A program made the position numbers and the translations under genes. A stretch of DNA of 64,000 bases from an uncultured Wolbachia sp. (GTDB taxonomy: Bacteria; Pseudomonadota; Alphaproteobacteria; Rickettsiales; Anaplasmataceae), in NCBI GenBank assembly GCA_902636535.1, contig CACPSE010000001.1, positions 2,375 to 66,374 on the forward strand. The letters run 5' to 3'. Under the pieces are notes generated by a model. The model was not told the DNA's origin and made no database searches. It saw only the letters and a list, made by a program, of their open reading frames with translations. This document shows, piece after piece, positions 45,052 through 54,544 of the stretch; within the stretch, counting starts at the first letter, position 1; the number at the start of each line of letters is the position of its first letter.

Positions 45052-45837
45052 ATGACGACAAGTCTATTACAAGGCAAAAAGGGATTAATAACCGGAATAA
45101 TAAATAAGAGATCAATAGCATACGGTATAGCAAAAACTCTCTCAGAGCACGGAGCAGAACTTGCAATCACCTACCAGAATGAAATAATAAAAGAAAAACT
45201 ATCACCAATAGCAGATGAACTAAATGTGGAGCTAATATTACACTGCGACGTTTCAAATGAAAAAATCATAGATAACGCTTTCGAAATAATAGAGAAAAAA
45301 TGGGGTACTCTTGACTTTTTGGTGCATGCAATAGCATTCTCCGATAAAAATGAGTTAGATGGTAAATATGTCAATACTTCACTGGATAACTTCCTCAATG
45401 CAATGCATATATCGTGCTATTCTTTTACTGCTTTAGCGCAAAGGGCTGAAAAAATGATGTCAAATGGTGGTAGTTTACTTACTTTATCTTATTATGGTGC
45501 TGAAAAAGTTATGCCAAATTATAACGTTATGGGTTTATGTAAAGCGGCACTTGAAGCAAGTGTAAAATATATAGCATGTGATCTCGGGCCACAAAATATC
45601 AGAGTAAATGCAATTTCCGCTGGTCCAATCAGAACTTTAGCATCTTCTGGAATAAGCGATTTTCACTCCATATCAGAATGGAATAGAAATAATTCTCCGC
45701 TCAGACGCAATGTTACAATAGAGGATGTTGGCAAGGCAGCGTTATACTTATTAAGCGACTTAAGTAGTGGCACTACTGGAGAAATTTTGCACGTTGATTC
45801 AGGATATAACGTTGTGGGAATGAAGGTAGTTGACTAG
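45052..45837 (+). CDS. fabI: Enoyl-[acyl-carrier-protein] reductase (NADH)
   Basis: GKKGLITGI..RSIAYGIAK, SYYGAEKVMPNYNVMGLCKAALEA (Y-x6-K) and RVNAISAGPIRTLA. Confidence 0.9.
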   Translation: MTTSLLQGKKGLITGIINKRSIAYGIAKTLSEHGAELAITYQNEIIKEKLSPIADELNVELILHCDVSNEKIIDNAFEIIEKKWGTLDFLVHAIAFSDKNELDGKYVNTSLDNFLNAMHISCYSFTALAQRAEKMMSNGGSLLTLSYYGAEKVMPNYNVMGLCKAALEASVKYIACDLGPQNIRVNAISAGPIRTLASSGISDFHSISEWNRNNSPLRRNVTIEDVGKAALYLLSDLSSGTTGEILHVDSGYNVVGMKVVD

Positions 45838-47342
45838 CAAAGCACTAGTTCCTTCGGGTTCATACACAACTCTATCAGGAGTTTTGTGACTGTGATTGCA
45901 GAAAACATCGAACATAAAATTCCTATTGATAGAGTGACAGAAAAGCCTCCTATTGCTCCACTGCCAATAATGAACATTATTCCTGCAGCAATTAATGTAG
46001 TGATATTTGAATCCAGTATTGTCTTTATAGCGTTTTTAAACCCTTCTTCAATAGCACGTTCCACTCTCTTGCCAGATTTTATTTCCTCACGAATTCGCTC
46101 AAATATTAAAACATTTGCATCCTCCGCCATACCGACAGTGAGTGCAATACCGGCAATTCCAGGTAAAGTTAGAGTTGCTTCAAGCAGAGTAAGAATTGAT
46201 AATATAAGAATTACATTAGAAAAAAGCGCAACAGAGGCCAATACACCTAATTTGCCGTAAGTGATGATTATAAATAAAGCCACGGCTATAATAGAGATTG
46301 TTGCTGCCATTTCCCCTGCCTTTATTGATTCTTCTCCAAGACTTGGGCCAATGTTTTTTTCTTCAATTATTTTAAGTGGTGCTGGCAGTGCTCCAGATTT
46401 TAAAAGTATTGCAAGTTCGCTTGCTTGTTTTTCAGTGAAATTACCGCTAATTTCTCCCTCTCCATTTAAAATTGGCTCACGTATTGTAGGTACTGTTAAG
46501 ACTGTGTTATCCAGAACAATTGCAAAAGGTTTTCCCACATTTTCTTTAGTGATTTTTGCGAATCTTTTACTCGCTATGCTGTCAAATTTAAAATGCACTG
46601 TTGGTTTACCTAAGTGACCAAATCTAACTGATGCGTTAACCAGCGAATCACCACCTATTTCAGTTTTGCAGAATATTGGATAAGAATTACCTAAAGAATC
46701 CTTGAGCATGACAGGGGTTTCATGGTCTATATCCTGCACCTTGGCTATGTTAGTGTTTGCCAAATGAAAAGCTAGCTTAGCAGTTTTGCCAAGCAGAGAT
46801 TTTATCTGCTTGGTATCTTCTACTCCAGGCACCTGCACTAATATTTTATTCTGCCCTTGTTTTTGAACGCTGACTTCCTTTGTGCCAAGTTTGTCCAAAC
46901 GGCGCTGGACATTGTTTATTGATTCTGCAACTACTTCACTGATCAAAGAATTTTTATAATGGGATTTATACGAAATGAGAATCGAAGAATCTTTTCTATT
47001 TAGCTCTAAATTTGGATTTATTGCATTGATCAACACAGATGCTTTTTTATAATCATCAATATTATTTAAAGTTACAACGCTATCTTGTACGGTAGATTCA
47101 ATATTTTTTGTTAGCAATGTCTCTTTTATCTCACCTGCTAACATGCCTAGCTTTTCCTTAAAATAGAAGTCTAAGTCTATATTTAAAAGCAAAGATGCCC
47201 CTCCTTTCAGGTCAAGGCCTAAGTTTATTCTTTTTTCCGAAATAAAAAGCTTATTATCAAAGAAATTTGGCAGTGTTATGTATAAAGCAAGTAAACAGAT
47301 GCATAACACTGAAAAAGATTTGATTATAAGTCTGTTGTACAT
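45834..47342 (-). CDS. secD: Protein translocase subunit SecD
   Basis: LGLDLKGGASLLL, a large periplasmic domain, and a C-terminal six-TM block with DANVLIFERIREE. Confidence 0.9.
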   Translation of the reverse strand: MYNRLIIKSFSVLCICLLALYITLPNFFDNKLFISEKRINLGLDLKGGASLLLNIDLDFYFKEKLGMLAGEIKETLLTKNIESTVQDSVVTLNNIDDYKKASVLINAINPNLELNRKDSSILISYKSHYKNSLISEVVAESINNVQRRLDKLGTKEVSVQKQGQNKILVQVPGVEDTKQIKSLLGKTAKLAFHLANTNIAKVQDIDHETPVMLKDSLGNSYPIFCKTEIGGDSLVNASVRFGHLGKPTVHFKFDSIASKRFAKITKENVGKPFAIVLDNTVLTVPTIREPILNGEGEISGNFTEKQASELAILLKSGALPAPLKIIEEKNIGPSLGEESIKAGEMAATISIIAVALFIIITYGKLGVLASVALFSNVILILSILTLLEATLTLPGIAGIALTVGMAEDANVLIFERIREEIKSGKRVERAIEEGFKNAIKTILDSNITTLIAAGIMFIIGSGAIGGFSVTLSIGILCSMFSAITVTKLLIELCMNPKELVLC

Positions 47343-47437
47343 AAGTTGTAGGTTTAAAATTGTAATAATTGATTGTAGACTAAATAATTACTTACTACAA
47401 GGCAGAGGTAATAATAGGATATATTAATTTATCCTCG

Positions 47438-48064
47438 CTAAACTGCACGCTCCACACTTGAATCAACAGCAACCTCATCAATATTATTGTTTACTTTTTC
47501 TGTTGGAGAAAAGCATTGAGCTATATAATCGACTATATTATTAGCAGTCCATAGTGCTCCAAACACTGCTATAACTGTAATTGCTCCTATTGCTGCACCT
47601 TGTAACATAGATGAACCTAAGAAGGCAGCTGGACGACCCCTGATTAACATTGTAGAAGGAAAAACAGCATTTGCAGCTGTTGCAATACCAGCTCCTAATA
47701 TAAAATTTTCTCCTGCTCCTATACCAACTCCAAACACAATTGGAACAACAAGATTTATAATTAATTTGGTAAAATTTTTGTATTCCCATAATAATTCTAA
47801 ATTTTTGCATCCTGATAATGGTTCGTTTGGCTTTCTTATTACAACGGAATCAACAAAGAGTATTACTGAGCATAAAGCAAACACACAACCCAAAATTCCA
47901 CCAGTCAATAAGGCCACTGCTAACGCTGAAGATGTACAACATGCAACCATCACTGCCATCCCCGATCCCATCAATGCTCCGATTGCTATGGCACACATAA
48001 ACTTCATCCAAGGAGACGCTTCATCACTATGATATGGTCTATTGTCCGATTTTAACATAAACAC
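47438..48064 (-). CDS. Gly/Ala-rich hypothetical membrane protein
   Basis: Four or five hydrophobic Gly/Ala-rich segments and no catalytic motif. There is weak by-eye similarity to the 245-aa protein at 49963-50700 (GRPAA/GRPKK, ...CFSPTEKVNN / ...CFSSKEENSN). Confidence 0.5.
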   Translation of the reverse strand: MFMLKSDNRPYHSDEASPWMKFMCAIAIGALMGSGMAVMVACCTSSALAVALLTGGILGCVFALCSVILFVDSVVIRKPNEPLSGCKNLELLWEYKNFTKLIINLVVPIVFGVGIGAGENFILGAGIATAANAVFPSTMLIRGRPAAFLGSSMLQGAAIGAITVIAVFGALWTANNIVDYIAQCFSPTEKVNNNIDEVAVDSSVERAV

Positions 48065-48185
48065 TCCCTGGCTATTAACTAAACATGCGCATTATATTAT
48101 GCTGATTATCGAATAGTCAATAACTAAATTGGAAATAACACAAAAATAGACATAGAATACAAACATATAACATGAAGTAAAATAC

Positions 48186-49064
48186 ATGCTAGTCAAAATA
48201 GGCACCAGAGGAAGCAGCCTTGCAATTGCCCAGGCTTTGGAAGCAAAACAAAAATTGCTGGACTCTTTTCCTAACTTATCTATTGAAATTGTTAAGATAA
48301 AAACTTCCGGAGACAAATATGCAAATGCAAACCTTGCTGAAATAGGAGGTAAAGGATTATTCATTAAAGAAACTGAGACTGAATTGCTCGAAAATAACAT
48401 AGATATGGCAGTTCATTCACTAAAGGATGTGCCTGCATTTTTCTCAAAAGATCTGGCAATTCCTTGTGTTTTAGAAAGGCTAAGTCCATGCGATGCGTTT
48501 ATTTCTCATAAACATAATAGCCTTGAGTCTTTGCCACAGCAGGCTACTATTGCCACTTCTTCAATAAGAAGAAAAGTTCAGTTGTTAAATGTTAGACCAG
48601 ATTTAAATATAGTACCGCTACGTGGAAATGTAACAACTAGATTGCAAAACCAAAGTTTTGATGGAATAATTCTAGCTGAAGCAGGACTCATAAGATTAGA
48701 AAAGCATCACTTAATTACAGAGGTATTGCCACCAAAAGTTATGTTAAGTGCAGTGGGACAGGGAGCGATTTGTGTTCAATGTAGAAGGAATGATGTAAAA
48801 ATTATCGATCTTTTAGAGAAAATTAATAATAATATGTCTTTTATAAGAGTGAAATCAGAGCGCAGTTTTATGAAGACAGTGAATGGTTCGTGTTTCACAC
48901 CACTTGCAGCTTTGGCTGAATATGTGAGCGAAAATATGCTACATCTTCGTTGTATGTTAGCAAATGAAAAAGATATATACTTTACTGAGCGCACTTCATT
49001 TATAGAAGATGCAGAAGAAATGGGTATGGATGCAGGGTTAGAGTTGAAATCAAAATGCTTATAA
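48186..49064 (+). CDS. hemC: Hydroxymethylbilane synthase (porphobilinogen deaminase)
   Basis: KIGTRGSSLAIAQA, GGKGLFIKE, AVHSLKDVP and the cofactor Cys in GSCFTPLAA. Confidence 0.9.
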   Translation: MLVKIGTRGSSLAIAQALEAKQKLLDSFPNLSIEIVKIKTSGDKYANANLAEIGGKGLFIKETETELLENNIDMAVHSLKDVPAFFSKDLAIPCVLERLSPCDAFISHKHNSLESLPQQATIATSSIRRKVQLLNVRPDLNIVPLRGNVTTRLQNQSFDGIILAEAGLIRLEKHHLITEVLPPKVMLSAVGQGAICVQCRRNDVKIIDLLEKINNNMSFIRVKSERSFMKTVNGSCFTPLAALAEYVSENMLHLRCMLANEKDIYFTERTSFIEDAEEMGMDAGLELKSKCL

Positions 49065-49942
49065 GCTTACCTAAAGTACGTGGAGTCTATCGTTATGACA
49101 TCTTAATGTCTAAAGCAACGTGGTTAAATGTCGGTGGACGAGCTGATATATTATTTAAACCACGTGATATTGAAGATTTAACATGCTTGATTAAAAACAC
49201 TGAGTTGCCAATTAACGTTATCGGTGCAACATCCAACATAATAGTGCGAGATAGTGGCATTCGAGGAATAACAGTAAAATTGGGTAAGGAATTTTCATAT
49301 ATAAAAAGTAAAGGTAACAACTCTATTGTTGCAGGTGGTGCTGCGTTACTTAGTAACCTTGCTTACTTTGCAGGAGAGCAACAAATTAGTGGACTTGAGT
49401 TTCTAGTTGGAATTCCAGGAACAGTTGGTGGCGGAATAGAAATGAATGCAGGTGCATATGGTAGTGATATCGCAAGTGTTGTACAATCCATAAAAGCAGT
49501 GAATCTAGAGGATGGAAACCTATATGAGTTCTCCAGCAAAGAAATGGGGTATTTTTACCGTGGACATAGCCTAAAAGGAAATTGGATTTTTGTTGAAGCT
49601 GAGTTTAAAGGAGTAAACTCAGAGTATGAGCTTATATTGCAAAGGTTAAAGGAAATTGTTGAGAGAAAAAATAAAAGCCAGCCAACGAGAGGAAAAACTG
49701 CTGGGTGCATATTCAAAAATCCAAAAAACTACCGAGCATGGGAGTTAATTGATAAATCCGGCTGCCTAGGGCTGAATATTGGTGGAGCTAGAATCTCTCA
49801 GAAACATTGTAACTTCTTGCTCGATCACGATAATGCAACTGCATCTGACTTGGAAAACCTTGGCAACAGAGTAAAAGATGCAGTGAAGGATAAATTTAAT
49901 ATTGAACTTGAGTGGGAGATAAGGGTTTTGGGTAGCTATTAG
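49055..49942 (+). CDS. murB: UDP-N-acetylenolpyruvoylglucosamine reductase
   Basis: TWLNVGGRAD, GIPGTVGGGIEMNAGAYG, AGCIFKNP and ISQKHCNFL blocks. Confidence 0.9.
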   Translation: MLISLPKVRGVYRYDILMSKATWLNVGGRADILFKPRDIEDLTCLIKNTELPINVIGATSNIIVRDSGIRGITVKLGKEFSYIKSKGNNSIVAGGAALLSNLAYFAGEQQISGLEFLVGIPGTVGGGIEMNAGAYGSDIASVVQSIKAVNLEDGNLYEFSSKEMGYFYRGHSLKGNWIFVEAEFKGVNSEYELILQRLKEIVERKNKSQPTRGKTAGCIFKNPKNYRAWELIDKSGCLGLNIGGARISQKHCNFLLDHDNATASDLENLGNRVKDAVKDKFNIELEWEIRVLGSY

Positions 49943-49962
49943 ACAGTTTTTATAGTTGCTAT

Positions 49963-50700
49963 TTACACTTTGACTGCGAGACTTTCTAATGATTCAACGC
50001 TACTTATTTCAGTTTGTGAGGTTTTATTACTACCACTTGATAGACTAACGCCATCGGAGTTATTTGTAGTACAAGGACCACTATTGCTATTTTCTTCCTT
50101 CGAAGAAGAACATTCCTTATCACTTGATAGACTAACGCCATCGGAGTTATTTGTAGTACAAGGACCACTATTGCTATTTTCTTCCTTCGAAGAAAAACAT
50201 TTCTTTATTTTTTTAATTACAGGCATTATTACAAAATTCGTTACACAGAAGCTCGCAGCTGGTATTATAGCTCCCATTATTCCTAGAGCTAAAGTTGCTG
50301 ACACAACTGCATTAGGCAAATTAGCATTCGCAGCCATACTAGCACCAACTCTGATTGCAGCACTAGTGGTCCAGAAGAACAAAAAAAACACAATTACTCC
50401 ACAGTAGCCATTACCAAATATAGATAACATTTCTTCGTGCACTTTTTTTGGTCTACCGGCGAGTACAAGATTACTTGCAGCAAAAGTTATTGGCCCTACT
50501 AAAGAGCCACAGAAAAGAGCTTCTACTACTTGAAGTGGTAAAGTTATAGAACCTAATCTAGAACCTATAGAAGCCCCCGATATACTACCTATTATTGCTA
50601 AGAGCACATGAAACAATACAAGTTCTTTATTTTTTTCACGTTTTACACGTTCTTCACGTTCTTCACGTTCTTCACGTTCTTCATAAGCTTTTTCTTGCAT
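49963..50700 (-). CDS. Hypothetical membrane protein with an (EER)n N-terminus and a duplicated Ser/Asn-rich C-terminal module
   Basis: Gly/Ala-rich TM core. The N-terminus reads EEREEREEREER. The C-terminus carries two copies of SSKEENSNSGPCTTNNSDGVSLSS. Confidence 0.55.
   Translation of the reverse strand: MQEKAYEEREEREEREERVKREKNKELVLFHVLLAIIGSISGASIGSRLGSITLPLQVVEALFCGSLVGPITFAASNLVLAGRPKKVHEEMLSIFGNGYCGVIVFFLFFWTTSAAIRVGASMAANANLPNAVVSATLALGIMGAIIPAASFCVTNFVIMPVIKKIKKCFSSKEENSNSGPCTTNNSDGVSLSSDKECSSSKEENSNSGPCTTNNSDGVSLSSGSNKTSQTEISSVESLESLAVKV
50034..50194. repeat. Tandem duplication, period 87 bp, with a 74-bp identical segment (50034-50107 and 50121-50194)
   Basis: cacttgatagactaacgccatcggagttatttgtagtacaaggaccactattgctattttcttccttcgaagaa occurs twice. 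The duplication is in frame (29 codons). Confidence 0.9.
50636..50680. repeat. 9-bp microsatellite (cacgttctt) x4 plus one imperfect unit, coding for (EER)n on the minus strand
   Basis: Read directly: cacgttttacacgttcttcacgttcttcacgttcttcacgttctt. Confidence 0.9.
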
Positions 50701-50826
50701 ATCATCTCCATATTCAGTTGTAAGTTAAGTATTAACATTTTGCCTAATTTGCAAGACTTTTTTACATCAATCTAATTCCAAAACAATAAAATTGTTGTAC
50801 AATATTACTTTGAAGTTTTATTTTTA

Positions 50827-52011
50827 ATGCATAAGTTTGCAATACTCTTTTCTATACTGCTTGCAATCGTTGCTTACTATTCAAACAGTGAGATTATATT
50901 TGAAATAGCAAAGCTATTTAGTGACATATTTATCAGCTTGCTCAAATTAATAAGTTTACCTCTGGTTTTTCTATCAATAGTTTCCACAATTTCAGGGCTC
51001 AAGGACTCAATTGAAATTAAAATCTTACTTAGGAAAACACTATTTTATACCCTACTTACAACTATTGTAGCTGCGTTTGTTGCATTATCGTTTTACTTGC
51101 TAATAGATCCAGCAAGAAAAAATTTCATAAGTAATACAATAGGGAGTGTTAACAGCAATAACCACAGTTATTTTTCATATTTAAAATCACTCATTCCTTC
51201 GAATTTTGTGCAAGTTTTTCTTGAAAATAACGTTATTGGTAGTATATTAATCGCTTTTTTGATGGGCGGAGCTATTATTTCACTTTCAAAAGAGAAGCAG
51301 GATATATTACATCAAATATTCTCTGCACTTTTTGATACGCTACTTAAAATTGCTCAAGGGTTATTAAAATTTATTCCGCTTGCTGTTTGGTCTTTTATTA
51401 CATGTTTTTTGCATGAATTAAAAGGTGGTAGCGAGTTCTACAGTCTTTTATGGTATTTTGTTTGCATAATGTCTGCAAATTTTGTGCAGGCGTTTCTGAT
51501 TTTACCGCTACTTATGTGGTATAAAGGCATATCACCAATTCAAACGCTAAGGGGGGTTATGCCAGCGTTGACGCTCGCATTTTTCTCTAAGTCATCCAGT
51601 GCAACGCTGCCCACAACCATAGATTGTGTGCAAAATAAGCTAAAGGTGCCAAAGAAATTGTCGTCTTTTATTTTACCAATATGCACAACAATTAATATGA
51701 ATGCATGTGCTGCATTTATACTAATCACTGTAATGTTTGTTGCAGAAATGAACGGATACGCATTTTCCTTGAGCGAAATGTTGATATGGATTTTTTTAGC
51801 TACAGGGGCTGCAATTGGCAATGCTGGAGTGCCGATGGGGTGCTATTTTATGGCAACTAGTTATCTCGTATCGATGAATGTTCCTCTGCACATTATGGGA
51901 CTGATTTTGCCTATTTACACGATCATCGATATGTTTGAAACTGCAATAAATGTGTGGTCTGATATTTGTATCACTCAGATAATTAATAAAGAATGTAATA
52001 GTGAAACTTAA
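50827..52011 (+). CDS. Dicarboxylate/amino acid:cation symporter (DAACS family)
   Basis: Polytopic membrane protein with the SSSATLPTT signature and the NMNA/GVPMG reentrant-loop regions typical of GltP-type carriers. Confidence 0.85.
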   Translation: MHKFAILFSILLAIVAYYSNSEIIFEIAKLFSDIFISLLKLISLPLVFLSIVSTISGLKDSIEIKILLRKTLFYTLLTTIVAAFVALSFYLLIDPARKNFISNTIGSVNSNNHSYFSYLKSLIPSNFVQVFLENNVIGSILIAFLMGGAIISLSKEKQDILHQIFSALFDTLLKIAQGLLKFIPLAVWSFITCFLHELKGGSEFYSLLWYFVCIMSANFVQAFLILPLLMWYKGISPIQTLRGVMPALTLAFFSKSSSATLPTTIDCVQNKLKVPKKLSSFILPICTTINMNACAAFILITVMFVAEMNGYAFSLSEMLIWIFLATGAAIGNAGVPMGCYFMATSYLVSMNVPLHIMGLILPIYTIIDMFETAINVWSDICITQIINKECNSET

Positions 52012-52014
52012 AAA

Positions 52015-52611
52015 ATGATATTAGACGAAAATAACCTAATAATAAAAGAATTTAAAGAAGCAGAAGCAATTTTGCATGGGCATTTTGTTTTATCTTCTGG
52101 ATTGCATAGCAATACATATATACAATGCGCTAAAATTTTTGAAAATCCAAGCAGAGCCATAAAAGTTTGCGCATTACTGGCAGATAAAATAAAAAAAGAA
52201 TTAAATAGCTCCATAGATTTAATATTATCTCCTGCAATTGGTGGAATAATTGTGGGTTATGAGATTGGCAGGCAGCTTGGAATGAAGACAATGTTTTGCG
52301 AGCGCGTTAACGGCAAGTTTGAATTACGCCGTGGATTTAAGATCAAAAATGGTGAGAAAATATTACTTATCGAGGATGTAATAACCACAGGTAAATCTTC
52401 GCTTGAAGCAGTGGAATGTGCAGAAGGGGAAGGAGGTAAAGTTGTTGCTGAAGCTTCTCTAATAAAGAGGAATAGTGAAACGAAACTGCCTTTTCCTGTC
52501 ATATCTTTGATTGAACTGAACATCAAAAATTACAGCGAGGAAGAACTTCCAAGTGAATTAAAACAACTACCCATAACAAAACCTGGGAGCAGAGAATATT
52601 TAACAAAGTAA
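52015..52611 (+). CDS. pyrE: Orotate phosphoribosyltransferase
   Basis: HGHFVLSSGLHSNTYIQC and the PRPP-binding loop ILLIEDVITTGKS. Confidence 0.85.
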   Translation: MILDENNLIIKEFKEAEAILHGHFVLSSGLHSNTYIQCAKIFENPSRAIKVCALLADKIKKELNSSIDLILSPAIGGIIVGYEIGRQLGMKTMFCERVNGKFELRRGFKIKNGEKILLIEDVITTGKSSLEAVECAEGEGGKVVAEASLIKRNSETKLPFPVISLIELNIKNYSEEELPSELKQLPITKPGSREYLTK

Positions 52612-52708
52612 TCCTATAATATCTTGGAAACACAGCGCAGCTTTAGTTATTTACTCCAAGTGTATTTTATGTATACTTATTACTAAATTAATTTTGAAAT
52701 GATAGAAA

Positions 52709-54538
52709 ATGAGCGAATTTAAATCGATCCGAAATATAGCAATAATCGCACACGTTGACCACGGTAAAACTACTTTACTTGATAACATGTTAAAACAAAG
52801 TGGCACGTTCCGCGAGAATCAAGAAGTTCAAGAACGAGTGATGGATAGTGGTGACCAAGAGCGTGAACGCGGAATTACAATACTTGCAAAATGCACATCA
52901 ATAATGTGGGGTGATGAAAAAATCAATATTATTGATACGCCAGGGCACGCAGACTTTGGTGGAGAAGTAGAAAGGGTATTGTGCATGGCAGATGGCGTGT
53001 TGCTGCTGGTTGATGCTGCAGAAGGTCCAATGCCACAAACAAAATTTGTGCTCTCAAAAGCACTAAAAGCAAATTTGAAGCCAATTGTGATAATCAATAA
53101 GGTCGACCGACCAGACAGCAGAATTGATGAAGTATTAAATGAAATATATGAGTTATTTTTTAACCTTGATGCAACTAACGAGCAGCTAGATTTTCCAGTG
53201 TTGTATGCTTCAGGTAGAAATGGTTGGTGTGCTAAGGAGCTTTCTGATGAAAGAAAAGATTTAAGCCCATTATTTTCAACGGTTATAGATTATATAAAAC
53301 CTTCTGTTTATGATCAAAATGCACCTTTTGCTATGTTGGTCACTCTACTTGAGTCTGATAAGTTTCTTGGCAGAATATTGACAGGAAAGGTTTATCAGGG
53401 CGTTGCAAAAGTCAATTCAGATCTTAAGGTACTTGACCTCGATGGCAAAGTAATTGAACGAGGAAGATTAACTAAGTTGCTCTCATTTTCTGGCTTGAAA
53501 CGTATTCCAGTAGAACAAGCTGTGGCGGGGGACATCATTGCAATTGCAGGACTTGAGGAAGCTTCGGTTTCAGATACTATAGCAGCACCAGAAGTTACAA
53601 CTGCAGTAAGCTCAACTCCAGTTGATCCGCCGACAATGGCGATTACTCTGAGCGTTAATGATTCCCCTTTTGCTGGGCAAGAAGGTACAAAGCTTACTTC
53701 AACTGCTATAAAGGATCGTTTATATGCGGAAGCAGAAACAAATGTTGCAATTACTGTGACTTTGGCACCAAGCGGTGAAGCGTTTGAAGTAGGTGGACGC
53801 GGTGAGTTGCAGCTTGGAGTGTTAATTGAAAATATGAGGAGAGAAGGTTTTGAGCTTTCGGTATCACGCCCTCGCGTGTTATTTAAAGAAGAAGGCGGTA
53901 AAAAACTTGAACCTATAGAGGAAGTAGTAATTGATGTAGATGATGAATATAGTGGAATCATCATGGAAAAACTCAGCTTCCGAAAAGGTGAAGTGACTGA
54001 CATGAGACCTTCTGGTAATGGCAGGACAAGATTAACGTTTTTAGTGCCATCAAGAGGATTAATTGGTTATCAAGGAGAGTTTTTAACTGATTCTCGGGGC
54101 ACAGGCATAATTAACCGTTTATTTCATAGTTATGCTCCACATAAAGGTCCAATTTCTGGAAGGCGCAATGGAGTTTTAATTTCCACTGATAAGGGTGAAG
54201 CAGTAGCATTCGCAATTTTTAATTTGCAAGATAGGGGAATTATGTTTATCAAACCACAGGATAAGGTATATTGTGGCATGGTTGTCGGCCAGCATAGCCG
54301 TGACAATGATTTGGAGATAAATGTGCTAAAAGGTAAACAATTAACCAATGTAAGAGCTTCAGGTAGTGATGAAGCCATAAAACTCACTCCTCCAAAGATA
54401 ATGACACTGGAGGATATGATAGCGTATATAGACGATGATGAATTGGTAGAAGTAACCCCAAAATCTATACGTTTACGCAAGAAATTCCTCGATCCAAATG
54501 AACGCAAACGTGCAGGAAGGGCAAAAAATAAGGAGTAA
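52709..54538 (+). CDS. typA: Translational GTPase TypA/BipA
   Basis: IRNIAIIAHVDHGKTTL, DTPGHADFGGEVER, NKVDR and the BipA-specific C-terminal domain. Length 609 aa. Confidence 0.95.
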   Translation: MSEFKSIRNIAIIAHVDHGKTTLLDNMLKQSGTFRENQEVQERVMDSGDQERERGITILAKCTSIMWGDEKINIIDTPGHADFGGEVERVLCMADGVLLLVDAAEGPMPQTKFVLSKALKANLKPIVIINKVDRPDSRIDEVLNEIYELFFNLDATNEQLDFPVLYASGRNGWCAKELSDERKDLSPLFSTVIDYIKPSVYDQNAPFAMLVTLLESDKFLGRILTGKVYQGVAKVNSDLKVLDLDGKVIERGRLTKLLSFSGLKRIPVEQAVAGDIIAIAGLEEASVSDTIAAPEVTTAVSSTPVDPPTMAITLSVNDSPFAGQEGTKLTSTAIKDRLYAEAETNVAITVTLAPSGEAFEVGGRGELQLGVLIENMRREGFELSVSRPRVLFKEEGGKKLEPIEEVVIDVDDEYSGIIMEKLSFRKGEVTDMRPSGNGRTRLTFLVPSRGLIGYQGEFLTDSRGTGIINRLFHSYAPHKGPISGRRNGVLISTDKGEAVAFAIFNLQDRGIMFIKPQDKVYCGMVVGQHSRDNDLEINVLKGKQLTNVRASGSDEAIKLTPPKIMTLEDMIAYIDDDELVEVTPKSIRLRKKFLDPNERKRAGRAKNKE

Positions 54539-54544
54539 TCAGAA

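Noticed and set aside
45886-46617. Two consecutive plus-strand ORFs (124 and 118 aa) inside secD
   Set aside because: These are shadow frames of the minus-strand SecD membrane domain. The hydrophobic repetitive translations mirror the TM-coding strand, and SecD is intact and conserved on the other strand.
49970-50407. 145-aa plus-strand ORF overlapping the 245-aa repeat-containing membrane protein
   Set aside because: It duplicates the same 87-bp repeat in the opposite frame and has no start context. The minus-strand frame gives a coherent TM core plus termini and is longer. Strand choice remains only moderately certain.
53395-54003. 202-aa ORF antisense to typA, with similar long antisense ORFs at 52828-53097, 54130-54507 and 54465-54884
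   Set aside because: They lie entirely within or opposite a strongly supported conserved gene. Their low-complexity S/T/P-rich translations are typical of the reverse frame of a GTPase gene, and they show no motif or independent start context.
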